NCBI RefSeq assembly: GCF_964213995.1 | Contig: NC_135815.1 | Location: forward strand, 85,808,001 to 85,872,000 | Direction: 5' to 3' | DNA length: 64,000 bases | Source of the DNA: Mustelus asterias | Taxonomy: Eukaryota | Shown here: positions 24,905 through 38,047 of the stretch, in pieces | How positions within the stretch are numbered: position 1 is the first letter of the stretch | How the letters are laid out: each line of letters opens with the position of its first letter | Translations under genes and position numbers: made by a program | Notes under the pieces: model-generated | Database searches by the model: none | Told to the model about the DNA's origin: nothing | What the model saw: the letters and a program-made list of their open reading frames with translations, nothing else

Positions 24905-25487
24905 TAGAGGTTTACAGCATGGAAACAGGCCCTTCAGCCCAACTTGTCCATGCCGCCCTTTTTTTTAAACCCCGAAGCTAGTCCCAATTGCCCGCGTTTG
25001 GCCCATATCCCTCTATACCCATTTTACCCGTGTAAATGTCTGAATGCTTTTTAAAAGACAGAATTGGCAGCTTGTTCCAGACACTCACCACCCTCTGTGT
25101 GAAAAAATTGCCCGTCTGGACACTTTTGTATCTCTCCCCTCTCACCTTAAACCTATGCCTTCTAGTTTTAGACTCCCCTACCTTTGGGAGGGGAGTCTAA
25201 AACTGATCTATGCCCCTCATTATTTTATTGACCTCTATAAGTTCAGCCCTCAGCCTTCTACGCTCCAGAGGAAAAAGTCCCAGTCTATCCAGCCTCTCCT
25301 TATAACTCAAATCATCAAGTCCCGGTAGCATCCCAGTAAATCTTTTCAGCACTCTTTCTAATTTAATAATATCCTTTCTGTAATAGGGTGACCAGAACTG
25401 TACAGAATATTCCAAGTGTGACCTTACCAATGTCTTGTACAACTTCAACAAGACGTCCCAACTCCTGTATTCAATGTTCTGACCAAT
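24905..25487 (-). mobile_element. Young CR1/HER1-type LINE 3' fragment
   Basis: ORF LYKTLVRSHLEYSVQFWSPYYRKDIIKLERV. Same subfamily as 37213-38047 and 55622-56212. Confidence 0.9.
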
Positions 25488-25569
25488 GATACACATATGT
25501 ATCCAGGTTTCTCTGATCCTTCATCCTCTTTAGAGTTGTACCCTTTATTTTATGGGCAATGGGATCTTT

Positions 25570-26200
25570 TAGAAACTTGAAGCAGGAGTAGGCCATTCGG
25601 CCCTTTGAGCCTGCTCTGCATTCATTTTGATCACGGCTGATCATCAAATTCAATATTCTGATCCCGCCTCCCCCCCCCCCCCCATATCCCTTGATCTCTT
25701 TAGTCCCAAGAGTTATATCTAATTTCTTTTTGGCCTCAACCACTTCCTGTGAGAGTGAATTCCACAGTTTCACCACTCTGGGTGAAGAAATTTCTCCTCA
25801 CCTTAGTCCTAAAAGGTTTATACCTTATCCTCAAACTATGACCCCCTAGCTCTGGACTCTCCCACCATCGGGAACATTCTTTCTGGATCTACCCTGTCTA
25901 ACACTATTAGAATCTCCTCTACTCTTCTAAACTCCAATGAATATATAACCAACATAGTCTCTCCTCATATGATAGACTTGCCATCCCAAGAATCAGCCTG
26001 ACAAACCTTCGCTGCACTCCCTCTATCGCAAGGGCATCCTTCCTCAGATAAAGACATCAAAACTGCACACAATGCTCCAAGTGTCGCCTCATCAATGCCC
26101 TCTACAATTGCAGTAAAACATCCCTATTTCTATACTCAAATCCTCTCGCTATGAAGGCCAACGTGCCATTTGCCTTCTTTACTGCCTGCTGTATTTGCAC
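25570..26200 (-). mobile_element. CR1 LINE 3' fragment
   Basis: VKLWNSLSQEVVEA-type C-terminus, and a 3' UTR ending in gggccgaatggcctactcctgct on the minus strand. Confidence 0.8.
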
Positions 26201-26470
26201 CTAGTAAGAGGGTAAATGGGCCTCGGTTTAACATCACATCCAAACAATGACACCTCCACATTGCAGCACCACTTCAGTATGGCACTGAAGTGTCAGCTTT
26301 GATTTTTTTGTGCTTAAGTCCTGGAATGGAACTTGAACCCAGACACTAATGATTTAGAAGTAAGAAAGTCACCAACTGAGTCACTTGTGTAAACTGCTAT
26401 AAATTGTGACTGGATTTTTATGTATAATTCTCTGTGGTTAAGGAATATTTAATGAAGGTTAATGTGCCAT

Positions 26471-27123
26471 TGTCTGAATTTTGCACCCATTAGGCATGCG
26501 CTCAGCAGGCCCAGAGGCTGGCATGAAATGTATTTCTGGCTGCAATCAGCCGCAGAACGCAATTTCACACCAGCTGCCCAACTAACAGGCAGCATGAGGC
26601 TCAGCATTATCTGGAGGGCAGGAAGAGAGTGGGCATCGAGAAAAGGGAGGGTGCAGGTTAGCAGTTCTCTTGGGCTCCTTCAAGGTGGACAAGCTGCCAT
26701 GGAGCTGTCTCGGGCTTCTACAGATTAAAAATGATGGAAAGGTGCAGCAAACTGCAGCACAGTCAAACACCTGACAGCAGTATTCTGTCCCCAGGCATGT
26801 TTCTTTTAATCAAATTGAATCCTAGACATTTCATCCCAACCTGGATTGAGGTTAAAGCAAAAATGCAAAGGCTGCCTGGCTGATTGACCCGTAAAAGTGG
26901 ACAGGCCAAGTAAAATTGATTTTATGTGACTTCTTAGTGGGTTTAATGGCCCACTTAATTGTTGGCAGGTACGCTTCACACTCCTGAATGTGCTTGCTGG
27001 GCAAAATATTGCACAAGTGCGCAATGATGTCAGGATGTGTGTCCGACATGCTCTCATGTGCTTTCACACACTGATGGGTTGGGCTCACACCCACCCGCTC
27101 AAACCACGTAAAATTCTGGCCCC
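26471..27123. mobile_element. Harbinger-type MITE
   Basis: Imperfect TIRs gtctgaattttgc / cgtaaaattctggccc and a non-coding interior. Confidence 0.55.
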
Positions 27124-27499
27124 TATCTTCTTCTGCATCACTTTTAATTTTATCTTTCCATTATGTGTTAAAAGACGACTGAACTGGAATGTAAAATTCT
27201 ACATTTAGTTACTGTGTTGCAATTACACTATATTAATTTATCCATCAAAATTGGAATTATTCTCAGTAGTGTCAATTAATTAAAAATCTAATTTGGGCAC
27301 TATTTTGCTGTGCTAATCCACATTTTTTAATCAGGTCACTGAATCACTTTTAAGATTATGTGCCCCCATAGATTTTGAAACTGAGCTGATACTGTGCCAC
27401 CTCTGAAACAGAAGCTCATTGATTCAAGTTCTACCCCACTTGAGCACATAATCTCGGCAGACACTTCAGTACATACTGAACACACATGACACAAAGCTA

Positions 27500-29070
27500 T
27501 GGGAGAGTGAGCTTCGAGGAGGAAGCAGAGATCGTTCAGTGTGATTTGGGCAAGTTGAGTGAATGGGCAAATGATTGGTGGATGCAGTATAATTTGGATA
27601 AATGTGAGGTTATCCATTTTGGTAGAAAAATGAGAAGGTAGATTACTATCTGAATAACCATAAATTAGGAGAGGGGAATGTGCAACGAGACCTGGCTGTC
27701 CTTGTACACCAGTCACTGAAGGTAAGCATGCAGGCACAGCAGGCAGTAAAAAAGGCAAATAGCATGTTGGCCTTCATAGCGAGAGGGTTTGAGTACAGGA
27801 GCAGGGATAACTTGATGCAATTATACAGGACCTTGGTGAAGCCACGTCTGGAATATTGTGTGCAGTTTTGGTCTCCTTATCTGAGGAAGGATGATCTTGT
27901 TCTAGAGGAAGTATGGAGAAGGTTACCAGATTGATTTCTGGGATGGTGGAACTGATGTATGAGAAGAGATTGAGTCGGTTAGGATTATATTCACTGGAGT
28001 TCAGAAGAATGAGGGGTATCTCATAGAAACCTATAAAATTGTAACAAGACTAGACAGGGTAGATGCAAGAAGATGTTCCCATTGCTGAAGATGTTCCCAT
28101 TGCTGGGGATGTCCAGAACCAGGAGTCACAGTTTGAGGATATAGGGTAGACTGTTTAGGACAGAGATGGGGAGAAATTTCTTCACCCATAGAGTGGTCAG
28201 CCTAGGGCATTTGCTACTACAGAAAACATTCTGTAGTAGCGGCACGGTAGCACAGTGGTTAGCACTGCTGCTTCACAGCTCCAGGGTCCCGGGTTCGATT
28301 CCTGGCTCGGGTCACTGTCTGTGTGGAGTTTGCACATTCTCCTTGTGTCTGCGTGGGTTTCCTCTGGGTGCTCCGGTTTCCTCCCACAGTCCAAAGATGT
28401 GCGGGTTAGGTTGATTGGCCAGGTTAAAAATTGTCCCTTAGAGTCCTGGGATGTGTAGGTTAGTGAGATTAGCGGGTAAATATGTGGGGGTAGGGCCTGG
28501 GTGGGATTGTGGTCGGTGCAGACTCGATGGGCCGAATGGCCTCCTTCTGCACTGTAGGGTTTCTATTTGAGACTAAAACATTGAATGTTTTCAAGAAGGA
28601 TTTAGATATGGCACTTGAGGGGAAGGGGTAGCACAGTGGTTAGCACTGCTGCTTTACAGCTCCAGGGACCTGGGTTCAATTCCCAGCTTGGGTCACTGTC
28701 TGTGTGGAGTTTGCACATTCTCCTCGTGTCTGCGTGGGTTTCCTCCGGGTGCTCCGGTTTCCTCCCACAGTCCAAAGATGTGCGGGTTAAGTTGATTGGC
28801 CATGCTAAAATTGCCCCTTAGTGTCCTGGGATGCGTAGATTAGAGGGATTAGTGGGTAAAATATGTAGGGATATGGGAGTAGGGTCTGGGTGGGATTGTG
28901 GTCGGTGCAGACTCGATGGGCTGAATGGCCTCTTTCTGTACTGTCGGGTTTCTATGATTTCTAATATGGGGTGAAGGTGGGATCAGGCTGTTGAGTTGGA
29001 TGATCAGCCATGATCATAATGAATGATGGAGCAGGCTTGAAGAGCCAAATGGCCTCCTATTTTCTATGTA
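27500..29070 (+). mobile_element. CR1 LINE 3' portion with two HE1 V-SINE insertions (28238-28566 and 28627-28962)
   Basis: ORF QRDLAVLVHQSLKV...LYRTLVKPRLEYCVQFWSPYLRKD. The LINE sequence resumes after each SINE. Confidence 0.88.
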
Positions 29071-29702
29071 GATGTTTTTGTATGAGTGATAAAATCAGAG
29101 GTACAGACTCCGGTCAAACTTTAAACCATGGACCTGCATGTCCCTCTTAGTTTAAGAAAGGGCCTAGTCAGTTTTTGTCTCGCAGCTAGCCACTAATCAT
29201 CTAGTCTACTTATCTCACTGCTGGTTGTGGGATCTCACTGTGTGCAACTTGGCTGCCATATTTCCTATATTACAACAGTGTTTCAAAAAGTAGTTAATCT
29301 GCTCTAAAGCAATTTGGGGCATCCTGAGATCTTAAAAAATGTTATAGAAATGTATTGTAAACCAGAACCTGCCTGGTTTCCTGTCAACTGAAATGAATGG
29401 ATGGAAAGTTAGACAGCGTCACGGAGCCTGTCCGCTGACTTTCCTTATCCTGCAACCTTCCCCAGATAATTATTCACACCCAGGCATAACAAGAAAAAAA
29501 ATATTCTAACTCTTGCCCACTGTAAACTCTCTGCAATTGGGTTTTAGCTGAACTTCAGTTAAACACACAGCTGGGATTAACTTTGAACCAATGCACAAAC
29601 TAGACCAAGAAAACAAAAAGACAATGAAAAGAGTTTTTATTTTTTAAATTGTGTTGGGTTTTGGGTAGATTTTTCCATTTTGTGTCTCCCTATGTCCACT
29701 TG

Positions 29703-29807
29703 CAGTAAGAGTTTTAACAACACCAGGTTAAAGTCCAACAGGTTTATTTGGTAGCAAATGCCATTAGCTTTTGGAGCGCTGCTCTTTCGTCAGATGGAGT
29801 GGATATC
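29703..29807 (-). mobile_element. Solo Penelope pLTR fragment with hammerhead motif
   Basis: The minus strand reads ctgacgaaagagcagcgctccaaaagcta...ctaccaaataaacctgttggactttaacctggtgttg. Confidence 0.85.
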
Positions 29808-30512
29808 AGTAGCGGCATGCATCTTTCAATGGACTCCTGCAGAATATGTTTTGAGGTAGAATTTTGATTCTGTGCAAGAGAAGGTGCAAATTAAAACTGT
29901 GGAACTTCTATGTAGTAAAATGTTTGAAGAAAATTCAGCAAGACAGCCAGCTCCTCAAGATATGAGTGCAGGTCAGAGAATTGGGTCCAGAGGTATAAGT
30001 TCAGCAAGAATGCTTGCTTGCAATGGGAACCCAGTACAGACACAGGTCAGACATTGCGCTACAGTCTCATTGTTGTGATCAGTGCTGAGATCCAGTAGAG
30101 CTGGCCACCAGTAACTCAACCTCTGTTTTGGATTTTCCTCACACTGTAACAGCCCTATTTATGTCTGATCCAGACTCTTTGGCAACTTGGGCGTTTCTAC
30201 AGCTAAGTCCTCCAAAGCAGCAGCAAACTTGTTGGTGTTGGCTGTGACTCAGTTAGCAGCACCTCTGACTCAAAAGGTTGTGGGTTCAAGCCCCACATAT
30301 GGAATTAAGTTAAGCAGGCTGGCCATGGTGGTTGACTCTTAAATGCCCTCTGGCTTTGCCATATCATTCAGTTCAAGGGCAATTAGGGTTGGGTAATAAA
30401 TGCTGGCCCACGCAGTGATGCCCATATCCCATTAATGAATTTTTAAAAAATGGTCTGGCAATCCTGCGTAGTACTGAGGAGGTTCTATCTTTTAAATGTG
30501 ATGTTCAACCCA

Positions 30513-31533
30513 GGGAGCGATCTTACCGTTGCGCTCTGCCAGCTGCTGGGCAGAACAGGCCGGTAAGGTCGTGAGAGAGCCGAGAAATCAGATGCCTGCC
30601 CAATTTCTTGCCCCTCGTGATCTCACCAGCACCAGATATCTGGCATGATCAGATTTGTGCCAATTTCTGGTGTGAGGCTGAATAAATTATTTAAATTTAA
30701 TTTAAATATAAATTGAGTGGAATTAGTGAGCTCGGGCTGATATTGTCCGGGCTCACTTGCCTGTGTGGCCTCACTGGGGGAGAACCACGGTTGGTCTGCC
30801 ATCAACGGGGATCAGACATGATGGCCTTGCCGGTGGGATTGGAGACCAATGAGGCCCCACCCCGCGAGGTCGGGAGCAAAGGGGGTGTGCCCTTGGGAAG
30901 TGCCAGTGTGGTAGTCTGGCACTGCTCACTGGGCACCAGGCAGTGCCAAGGGGGCAGGCCCTAATGGGGGGGGGTGCCAGACTGGGGGTGGGGGGCAGCC
31001 AAACAGGTGGGGGGAGGGGGTGGCAAAGGGAGGCCGCTGTCACTGCACAACGATCAGTGGGGGGTGCACTGCTGCCACCCTGAACAGTGATTGCAGGGAG
31101 GTGAGGGCGCAGGGAAAAGTGGCAATCGGTCGGCTGGGGGAGGGTGGATCATTCCGGGCAGGGGGTGGAAGTTGGCTCATGATCGTTCCGGGTGGGGGGG
31201 TTTGTGAACGGCCACGGGGCCCCACTGTAGCATTGGGGGGGTGGGGGGCATGCTCGGCTTAGGACACGGAGGCCGGCTAGAGCAACAGAGGCTGTGAGAC
31301 AGGTCTCTGCTGCTCTTGAGGCAGAGACCTGCACAGGCGCAATGCTACTGCTTTCAGCCGGCTTTCTGGTGATTTATGCTCCACGCACTGCCCCTACAGG
31401 CAGAAAACAGATTTAGGGGTTTTTTTTGCTCAGAGTGCATAAAGTTCGACTTGTGGCCTCGCTGCAAAAACGGATCTGAAACTCTCCTGTTTTCCTGTCC
31501 TGGACTTAGAATTATTTTGGTAAAATCGACCCC
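30513..31533. mobile_element. GC-rich Harbinger-type MITE
   Basis: TIRs gggagcgatcttacc / ggtaaaatcgacccc. The G-tract-rich interior and subterminal acttagaat motif are shared with the 9695 and 34349 elements. Confidence 0.7.
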
Positions 31534-32413
31534 CTTCCCCCTCCCCTTTTTTTCCCCTTCCAGTGGATCAAAAAGATCCCATGGTACTCTAACAAAGAAG
31601 TGTCCCAGTCAATATTTATCACTCTGATATTCTTACTACTGTTTTTTGGGATGTTGCTGTACGCAAATTGGCTGCTGCATTTCCTGCAGCACAACCTTGA
31701 CTACACTTCAAAAGTACTTCTTCAAGTGTAGTGTGTTTTGTGATGTCATGAGGCTGTGAACAGTGGTGTAGAAATCCACATCTTTCTTTCATGCTACTCC
31801 CCCCGAATAAGTGGCTGCTGCATACCTTTTCGTGAGCACATTATTCCTTTAAACAACTTGCTCAGTTTCTGGTACTAAGCTAGTTTGCACGTGCAATAGC
31901 CTCTATTGGAAATGGAGTGTTCGCAGATTTCCCCCGTAACTGGAGATCTTTTGTTTCTTACTCACACGCTCCTTCTAGCGGTTTAGTGGCAGTGCAGCAT
32001 TAATAGAAGGAACAGTTTGGAGCCTTGCTCAGCTAATGCAAGATGGGCTGAAAAGGACTGCAAAACTTTATGGACGCATAATAAATTATGAGCTTTTGAT
32101 TCTGACACACGATTCCAAGAATCAGATATACCCAGCATGGAAAGACAAGAAAAGTCCCACTGAAGTCGTTAAAAATATATGTATATTTCTGAATCCTGGG
32201 AGATAACCAAGAAAAGTAATGAAACTGCAAAAGAACCTAGATAGCATCCTGCACCCATGTTGCGGCTTTCTGAATAGTGCGTTGATGTTAGTGTGGCTCA
32301 GCTGTACAGCTGGCTGACAGCCAGAGAGGCTTATTCAATTCCTTTCAGTAAGTGAGGAGTTCTAGCCAGAGGCTGTGCTGTAGCTAGGGAGTGGCGTCAG
32401 CAGATTGGAGGAT

Positions 32414-32518
32414 ATGCAGGCTGCATCAGAGCTCCGCTCTCTCACCATTCAGAAGTACCTCATTGTTAAACGGCTGTGGGAACACCGCAGAAGCTGTGGA
32501 TACACCTTAACGAGCTGG
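32414..32518 (+). CDS. Candidate first coding exon of an unidentified host gene (MQAASELRSLTIQKYLIVKRLWEHRRSCGYTLTSW)
   Basis: Lies in a repeat-free, relatively CpG-retaining block. An open frame runs from ATG at 32414 to a consensus donor TGG|GTAAGT at 32519. No homology recognised. Confidence 0.25.
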
Positions 32519-34348
32519 GTAAGTCGCAGTAATTTTTCCTTCTGGTAGTTTAACCACCGCTGTAAAAGGAGGACGGAAAGCTTTGCATGCAAAGTGCTTT
32601 TAGGAGAGCTGGGAAGTGCAGTTTCAGCAGTAATGGAGAAGTTGTTGCAGACAATTCTTTACTATCTAGGGAGTTGGTGCAGAGGCAGTGGGGGAGCTTC
32701 GCTTGATGCCTGTGCTTCTAAGCAGTGATTATCCTGAGAGAATGAGAGCGACATACATGTCCCACAGCAGTGGATATTTTGAATGAATGTCTTTATGTTT
32801 CGAGATATGATATGTTGACAGCTTTGGCGTGAATTACTTTTCTGCCCTTGCGAAAACATTCGCAGTCTGACTCCTCATACTGTTATCTGTTTATTCACAA
32901 GCTGGTAAAATCAGCTGTAAAGCTTTTAAGTGCAGCACTTAACAGTCAGAGGTTGGGCCACAGATGCAAGTGCCAAAAACTAGTAGCAGGTTTCACTTTG
33001 TATGGAGATAACCACCTAGAAACTGTAGGGTAGGCAACTCCTAAGCATTTTTAAAGGAATATTTGGAAATCAAACAATTCCAGTGACTCATGTGAATTTA
33101 AAGGTTTGAATCACTTTTCTGACATACAGAATCTCTGCTCAATTAATTCTGATTTTAAAAAATCTTTCATTTGAGTGCCTGCTGGGCTTAGCTGCTAACC
33201 GCGGCGCAGGGCTCTCACACTCACATCAGTGTCAGTAGATGGTGAGTTCAACTCATGCCCCAGAAGTTTGAGGACAAAGTTTAGACTGATACCATAGGGG
33301 AATACTGAGAGAGTGCTGCACTGTCAAAGTTGCAGTCTTTCAGGTTGAGAAGTCAAATCAAGGCCCCATACGTTTTCTCTGGATGGGCATAAAGAAAAAA
33401 GAAAGGAGTTCTCCTGGTGTTCTGGCCAATATTTACCCATCGATAGATGTCATCAAAAGCCGATTGTCCGGCCACTATCGGATTATTATTTGCGGGAGGT
33501 TCCTGTGTGCAATTTGACTGCCACTCACTCCAAAAATCCTATAGTCATTACATTTTAAAAGTGTTTCATTGGCTGTAAAGGATTTTGGAATTTCCTGTGG
33601 AAATGAAGGATGCTACATAAATGCAAGCTCACTATTTATTAATTAGTGACTTCCACTTGTTAAATGTGCCTCATTCAACTCTTCCAGTACATATTTCTGA
33701 CTTCCCGCCAGAGGAAATAATTTCTCCATATCTATCTTATTGAATCCTTTTAACATTTTAAACACCCGATCAGATTACATCTCAATCTTCTAAGTTCAAG
33801 AGAATACAAGCCAAGTTTATGGCACCCTGCCCTCATAAATTAATTCTTTTAAGTTCCAGTGTTCAGAAATAATTGAATAGGCATTCTGTATATCAGCACG
33901 AGTACTATCACTGAACAAAGGCTGGCAATGTAGCACAATGGAGGAATCATACTGCAGATACTATAAATGTTATAGTAATTCTTTGTCAACATTAAGTCAC
34001 GTACTGAGTTTTTGATTCCGACTTTGTTTTAAATTTGAATTATAACATTTGAGATGAGGGATAATTGTCAGGCTGGAAACACTGGATCTCGTCTGCTGAA
34101 GATGGTATAATTTGAAAGCTTTGTGTTTTCTTCAGTGCAAAAATAAGTTTGATAAAATAATGCATACAGTGCGTGGATAGTAAATAACAGGGAAGAGTAT
34201 TAAGGCATTGCTGTACTTAAGCAACAACTCATTTTGCATGCTCTCATATTTAATGTGTAGCAGATCTGTAGCAGCAGTTCTCAGAGGCTACCATCTTGCA
34301 TAGCCATAGGGGGTGGTAACAACAAAGTGTGAAAGGAAAAGTGTGACT

Positions 34349-34976
34349 GGGCGGGGACAATTCTCTGACCTCGCTGCGCCGTTAGCAGGTGGTGCCGGGC
34401 TCAGAGATTAGCGTGCGGACCTAAAAATCCATTTCCCACCTGACGTCAAACATTTTGCAAGTCTTCCTGCCTCTTTCTAATGGCACGAGGCTGATTGGCA
34501 TATTTAACGGAGCATTTAAATATGCATAGCCCATTCGAAACCCAGTGCATGGAATTCACTGGCCTTCAGGTGTGGCGCAATAATAGCAAGAATCACTACT
34601 GGTCTCCATTAGCGGAGACCTGGCACCATGGTCACGCCGGGTGGTTGGCGGAATGGCCAGGCGGTGCCCACCAGGCAGGGGTCCACCTGGCACACTGGTG
34701 GGGCCCACCTGACACACTGGCGGGTTGCACTGGACAGCCCAGTGATGCTAGTTAGGCACTGCCAGTGTGCCAGGGGCAGTGCTGAGGTGGTGGGGCCTGA
34801 GTGGGTGTTATGATGGAGGTGCTATGTGGGTGGCATCTGACAGGGGAGGGGGGGTGGATCGTGCAGGCGGTCTTGATGTGGTGGCATGTTGGGGGTGGGG
34901 CAGAGGGACCCCTCAGAAGAGACTCCATTATTCTTGCCATTATGACACTTAGAAAGATTTTGGCCAAATTCCGCCC
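34349..34976. mobile_element. Harbinger-type MITE
   Basis: Inverted ends ctgggcgg / ccgcccag. The interior is similar to 30513-31533. Confidence 0.6.
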
Positions 34977-35979
34977 AGGAAGTAATTGCAACACTAAAGG
35001 AAGTGCGTGTTGTATATGTGAATTTTAATATTTTACGAGCAGATTATTCTTGTGGTTTACAAGGAGTCAGAGGATATACTGTTCTGGAAAGTGTGACAGG
35101 AAAGAGTGACGAAGTAAGTGGGACTCTTATAGGAAATGGTCACTGAGTGCAAGCTTTTTAACATATTATAGGTATATGCTCTTTGTCCAGATAATTTTCT
35201 TCCTTTTAGTCTCCTTCCCTCTCCATAGTCCCCTCCCTCCCCAAGCCATAGAGAATTCAGTGGACATTTCTTGGTTCCAGGACTGTGCCAATAATCCTAG
35301 TGCAAGCAGTAAGAGATTCCCTCCTTTTCAGAGAATTATTCCTACTGTTGTTTGGAGAACTAGAGTCAGGATCCAGTCATATTGCTGTATGACCTAAAAA
35401 TAAAATTATTTACACAGAGTGCAGTTTGCATGTGGAATTCTCTGCTTTAAACTTTTTAAGAAGGAAAGAGGATAGTTGCTTGAACAAGAGTGATATTAAA
35501 GGGTTTTGTCAGCCAGCAGGAGAGTGGGTTAAACTAGATGGACCATCTATTCACCTGCCATTGTTGCTTTTCCCTTTATCATTGCCTGTCAATTGCCAAA
35601 CTCCTTCCTCCATGCCCCACCAAGTCTCCAGTCATTAGCCCATACCTATCTCGCGCTTCTGTCCTATCGCTTCTCCTACCAACTCTGAGCACATTTTTCC
35701 CACAAGGTCTCCCTTCTGCTTCCTTGACTCTATTTTCACTGCTGATAACCAAACTTTCCTTCCTGGCCAAGTTGTTCTCTATCTTCAGGTATTGTGCTGC
35801 TCATTTCCAGAACTGCCAAGATCACAACCCCTCCTCAAAAAGAAATCCTCAACTCCTCTGCCCTTGCAAACTAATGTTCCAGCTCTAACCACCTTTTCCT
35901 CTCAAGTTCCTAAACCTTTCAACAGTGAGTAAATGTGAGAGGAGGAGCAGCAGGGACATTAACAGTGAGAGAATTTGAA

Positions 35980-36484
35980 GCAATGGCCTAGTGATATTAT
36001 TGCTAGACTATTCAGCCAGAAACTCAGCTAATGTTCTGGGGACCCAGGTTCGAATCTCGCCATGGCAGGAGGTGGCTCTAGAGTCCCATGTAGGCCAGAC
36101 CAGGTAAGGATGGCAGATTTCCTTCTAATGTCTCCACATTAGTGAGCCAGGTGGGTTTTTACGACAATCGACAATGATTTCATGGTCATCAGTAGATTCT
36201 TAATTCCAGATTTTGTTTAGTGAATTTACTAAAAAAAATCTGGAATTAAGAATCTACTGATGACCATGAAATCATTGTCGATTGTTGGAAAAACCCACCT
36301 GGCTCACTAATGTGGAGACATGAGAAGGAAATCTGCCATCCTTACCTGGTCTGGCCTACATGGGACTCTAGAGCCACAGCAACGCGGTTGACTCTGCACT
36401 GCCCTATGAAGTGGCCGAGCAAGCCACTCAGTTGTATCAGCCAGCCAGCGATGCCCATGTCCCACGCATGAATGAAAAAAAAAG
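35980..36484 (+). mobile_element. LF-SINE-like tRNA SINE with internal fold-back duplication
   Basis: tRNA head (tggcctagtgatatta...ggttcgaatctcgcc), body tgaccatgaaatcattgtcgattg...ggaaatctgccatccttacctggtctggcctac...aagccactcagttg, and tail gccagcgatgcccatgtccca followed by an A-run. Confidence 0.75.
36072..36377. repeat. Near-perfect 306-bp palindrome (arms about 150 bp)
   Basis: gtggctctagagtcccatgtaggccagacc... is the reverse complement of ...ggtctggcctacatgggactctagagccac. The centre is near 36224 with almost no spacer. Confidence 0.95.
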
Positions 36485-36900
36485 TGAGTGAGTGAGAGGG
36501 GAATGGGGAAATTAACAGCGAGAGAATGTGAGAGGAGCAGTGGGGATGTTAACAGTGAGTGTGTGTGAGGGGAGCAGTGGGGACAGTGAGAGTGTGTGTG
36601 AGAGGAACAATGGGGACATTAACAGAGTGTCTGAGAGGAGCAGTGGGGACAGTGAGAGTGTGTGAGGGGAGCAGTGGGGATATTAACAGAGTGAGAGGAG
36701 CAGTGGGGACATTAACAGTGAGTGTGTGTGAGACAAGCAGTGAGGACACCAACAGCGAGAGTGAGAGAGGAGCAGGGACACTAACAGTGAGTGTGTGTGA
36801 GAGGAGCAGTGGGGACAGTGAGAGTGTGTGTGAGAGGAGCAATGGGGATATTAACAATGAGAGTGTGTGTGAGAGGAGCAATGGGGATATTAACAGTGAA
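36485..36900 (+). repeat. Minisatellite, unit about 30-37 bp (gagaggagcagtggggacattaacagtgagtgtgtgt)
   Basis: About a dozen degenerate copies. One more unit lies at about 35930-35972, on the other side of the SINE. Confidence 0.92.
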
Positions 36901-37212
36901 AGGAGTCTGAAAACAGTGCAAGGATAATAATCACTGTGAGGTCATAGAGAAACAGCTAAATGATTGGTGAGTATTTTGCTCTTTTGTCTTTCAAAAGTGT
37001 GTAATTTATTAATAATTGTAATATTTTATTGGTGTTAAGATCTACGAGCAGTAGTAAAGGTTATTGGGAATAGTAGGGTTTATTAATTATAAATTAATTA
37101 AGGAAAAGTAATTAATTATCTAACACACAACTAAGATGACAAGGCAGGTAATGTGTTGTGACTGTAGAATATGGGAGCTTCTGTACAGCAGTGTGATCCA
37201 GGGCAAACACGT

Positions 37213-38047
37213 CATAGAGTCATAGAGGTTTACAGCATGGAAACAGGTCCTTCGGCCCAACTTGTCCATGCTGCCCTTTTTTTTTAAAACCCCGAAGCTA
37301 ATCCCAAATCCTCGCATTTGGCCCATTCCCTCTATATGCATCGTACCCATGTAATTATCTAAATGCTTTTTAAAAGACAAAATTGTACCCGCCTCTACTA
37401 CTACCTCTGGCAGCTTGTTCCAGACACTCACCACCCTCTGTGTGAAAAAATTGCCCCTCTGGACACTTTTGTATCTCTCCCCTCTCACCTTAAACCTATG
37501 TCCTCTAGTTTTAGACTCCCCTACCTTTGGGAAAAGATATTGACTATCTAGCTGATCTATGCCCCTCATTATGTTATAGACCTCTATAAGATCACCCCTC
37601 AGCCTCCTACACCCCTGAGAAAAAAGTCCCAGTCTATTCAGCCTCTCCTTATAACTCAATCCATCAAGTCCCGGTAGCATCCTAGTAAATCTTTTCTGCA
37701 CTCTTTCTAGTTTAATAATATCCTTTCTGTAATAGGGTCACCAGAATTGCACACAGTATTCCAAGTGTGGCCAACTTCAACAAGACATTCCAACTCCTGT
37801 ATTCAATGTTCTGACCGATGAAACCAAGCATGCCGAATGCCTTCTTCACCACTCTGTCCACCTGTGACTCCACTTTCAAGGAGCTATGAACATGTACCCC
37901 TAGATCTCTTTGTACTGTAACTCTTCCCAACGTCCTACCATTAACTGAGTAAGTCCTGCCCTGGTTCAATCTACCAAAATGCATCACCTCGCATTTGTCT
38001 AAATTAAACTCCACCTGCCATTTGTCCGTCCACTGGCCTAATTGATC
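37213..38047 (-). mobile_element. Young 5'-truncated CR1/HER1-type LINE
   Basis: ORFs MEFNLDKCEVMHFG...QRDLGV and RFTRMLPGL...NFFTQRVVSVWNKLP. The 3' end has ctatgactctatga repeats. Confidence 0.92.

Noticed and set aside
28238-28310. tRNA genes at SINE heads
   Set aside because: A and B boxes are present but continue into the V domain, so these are tRNA-derived SINE heads.
36485-36900. CRISPR-like array, or coding repeat ORFs 36549-36881 and 36559-36927
   Set aside because: Degenerate tandem minisatellite without unique spacers, in eukaryotic DNA with no cas genes.
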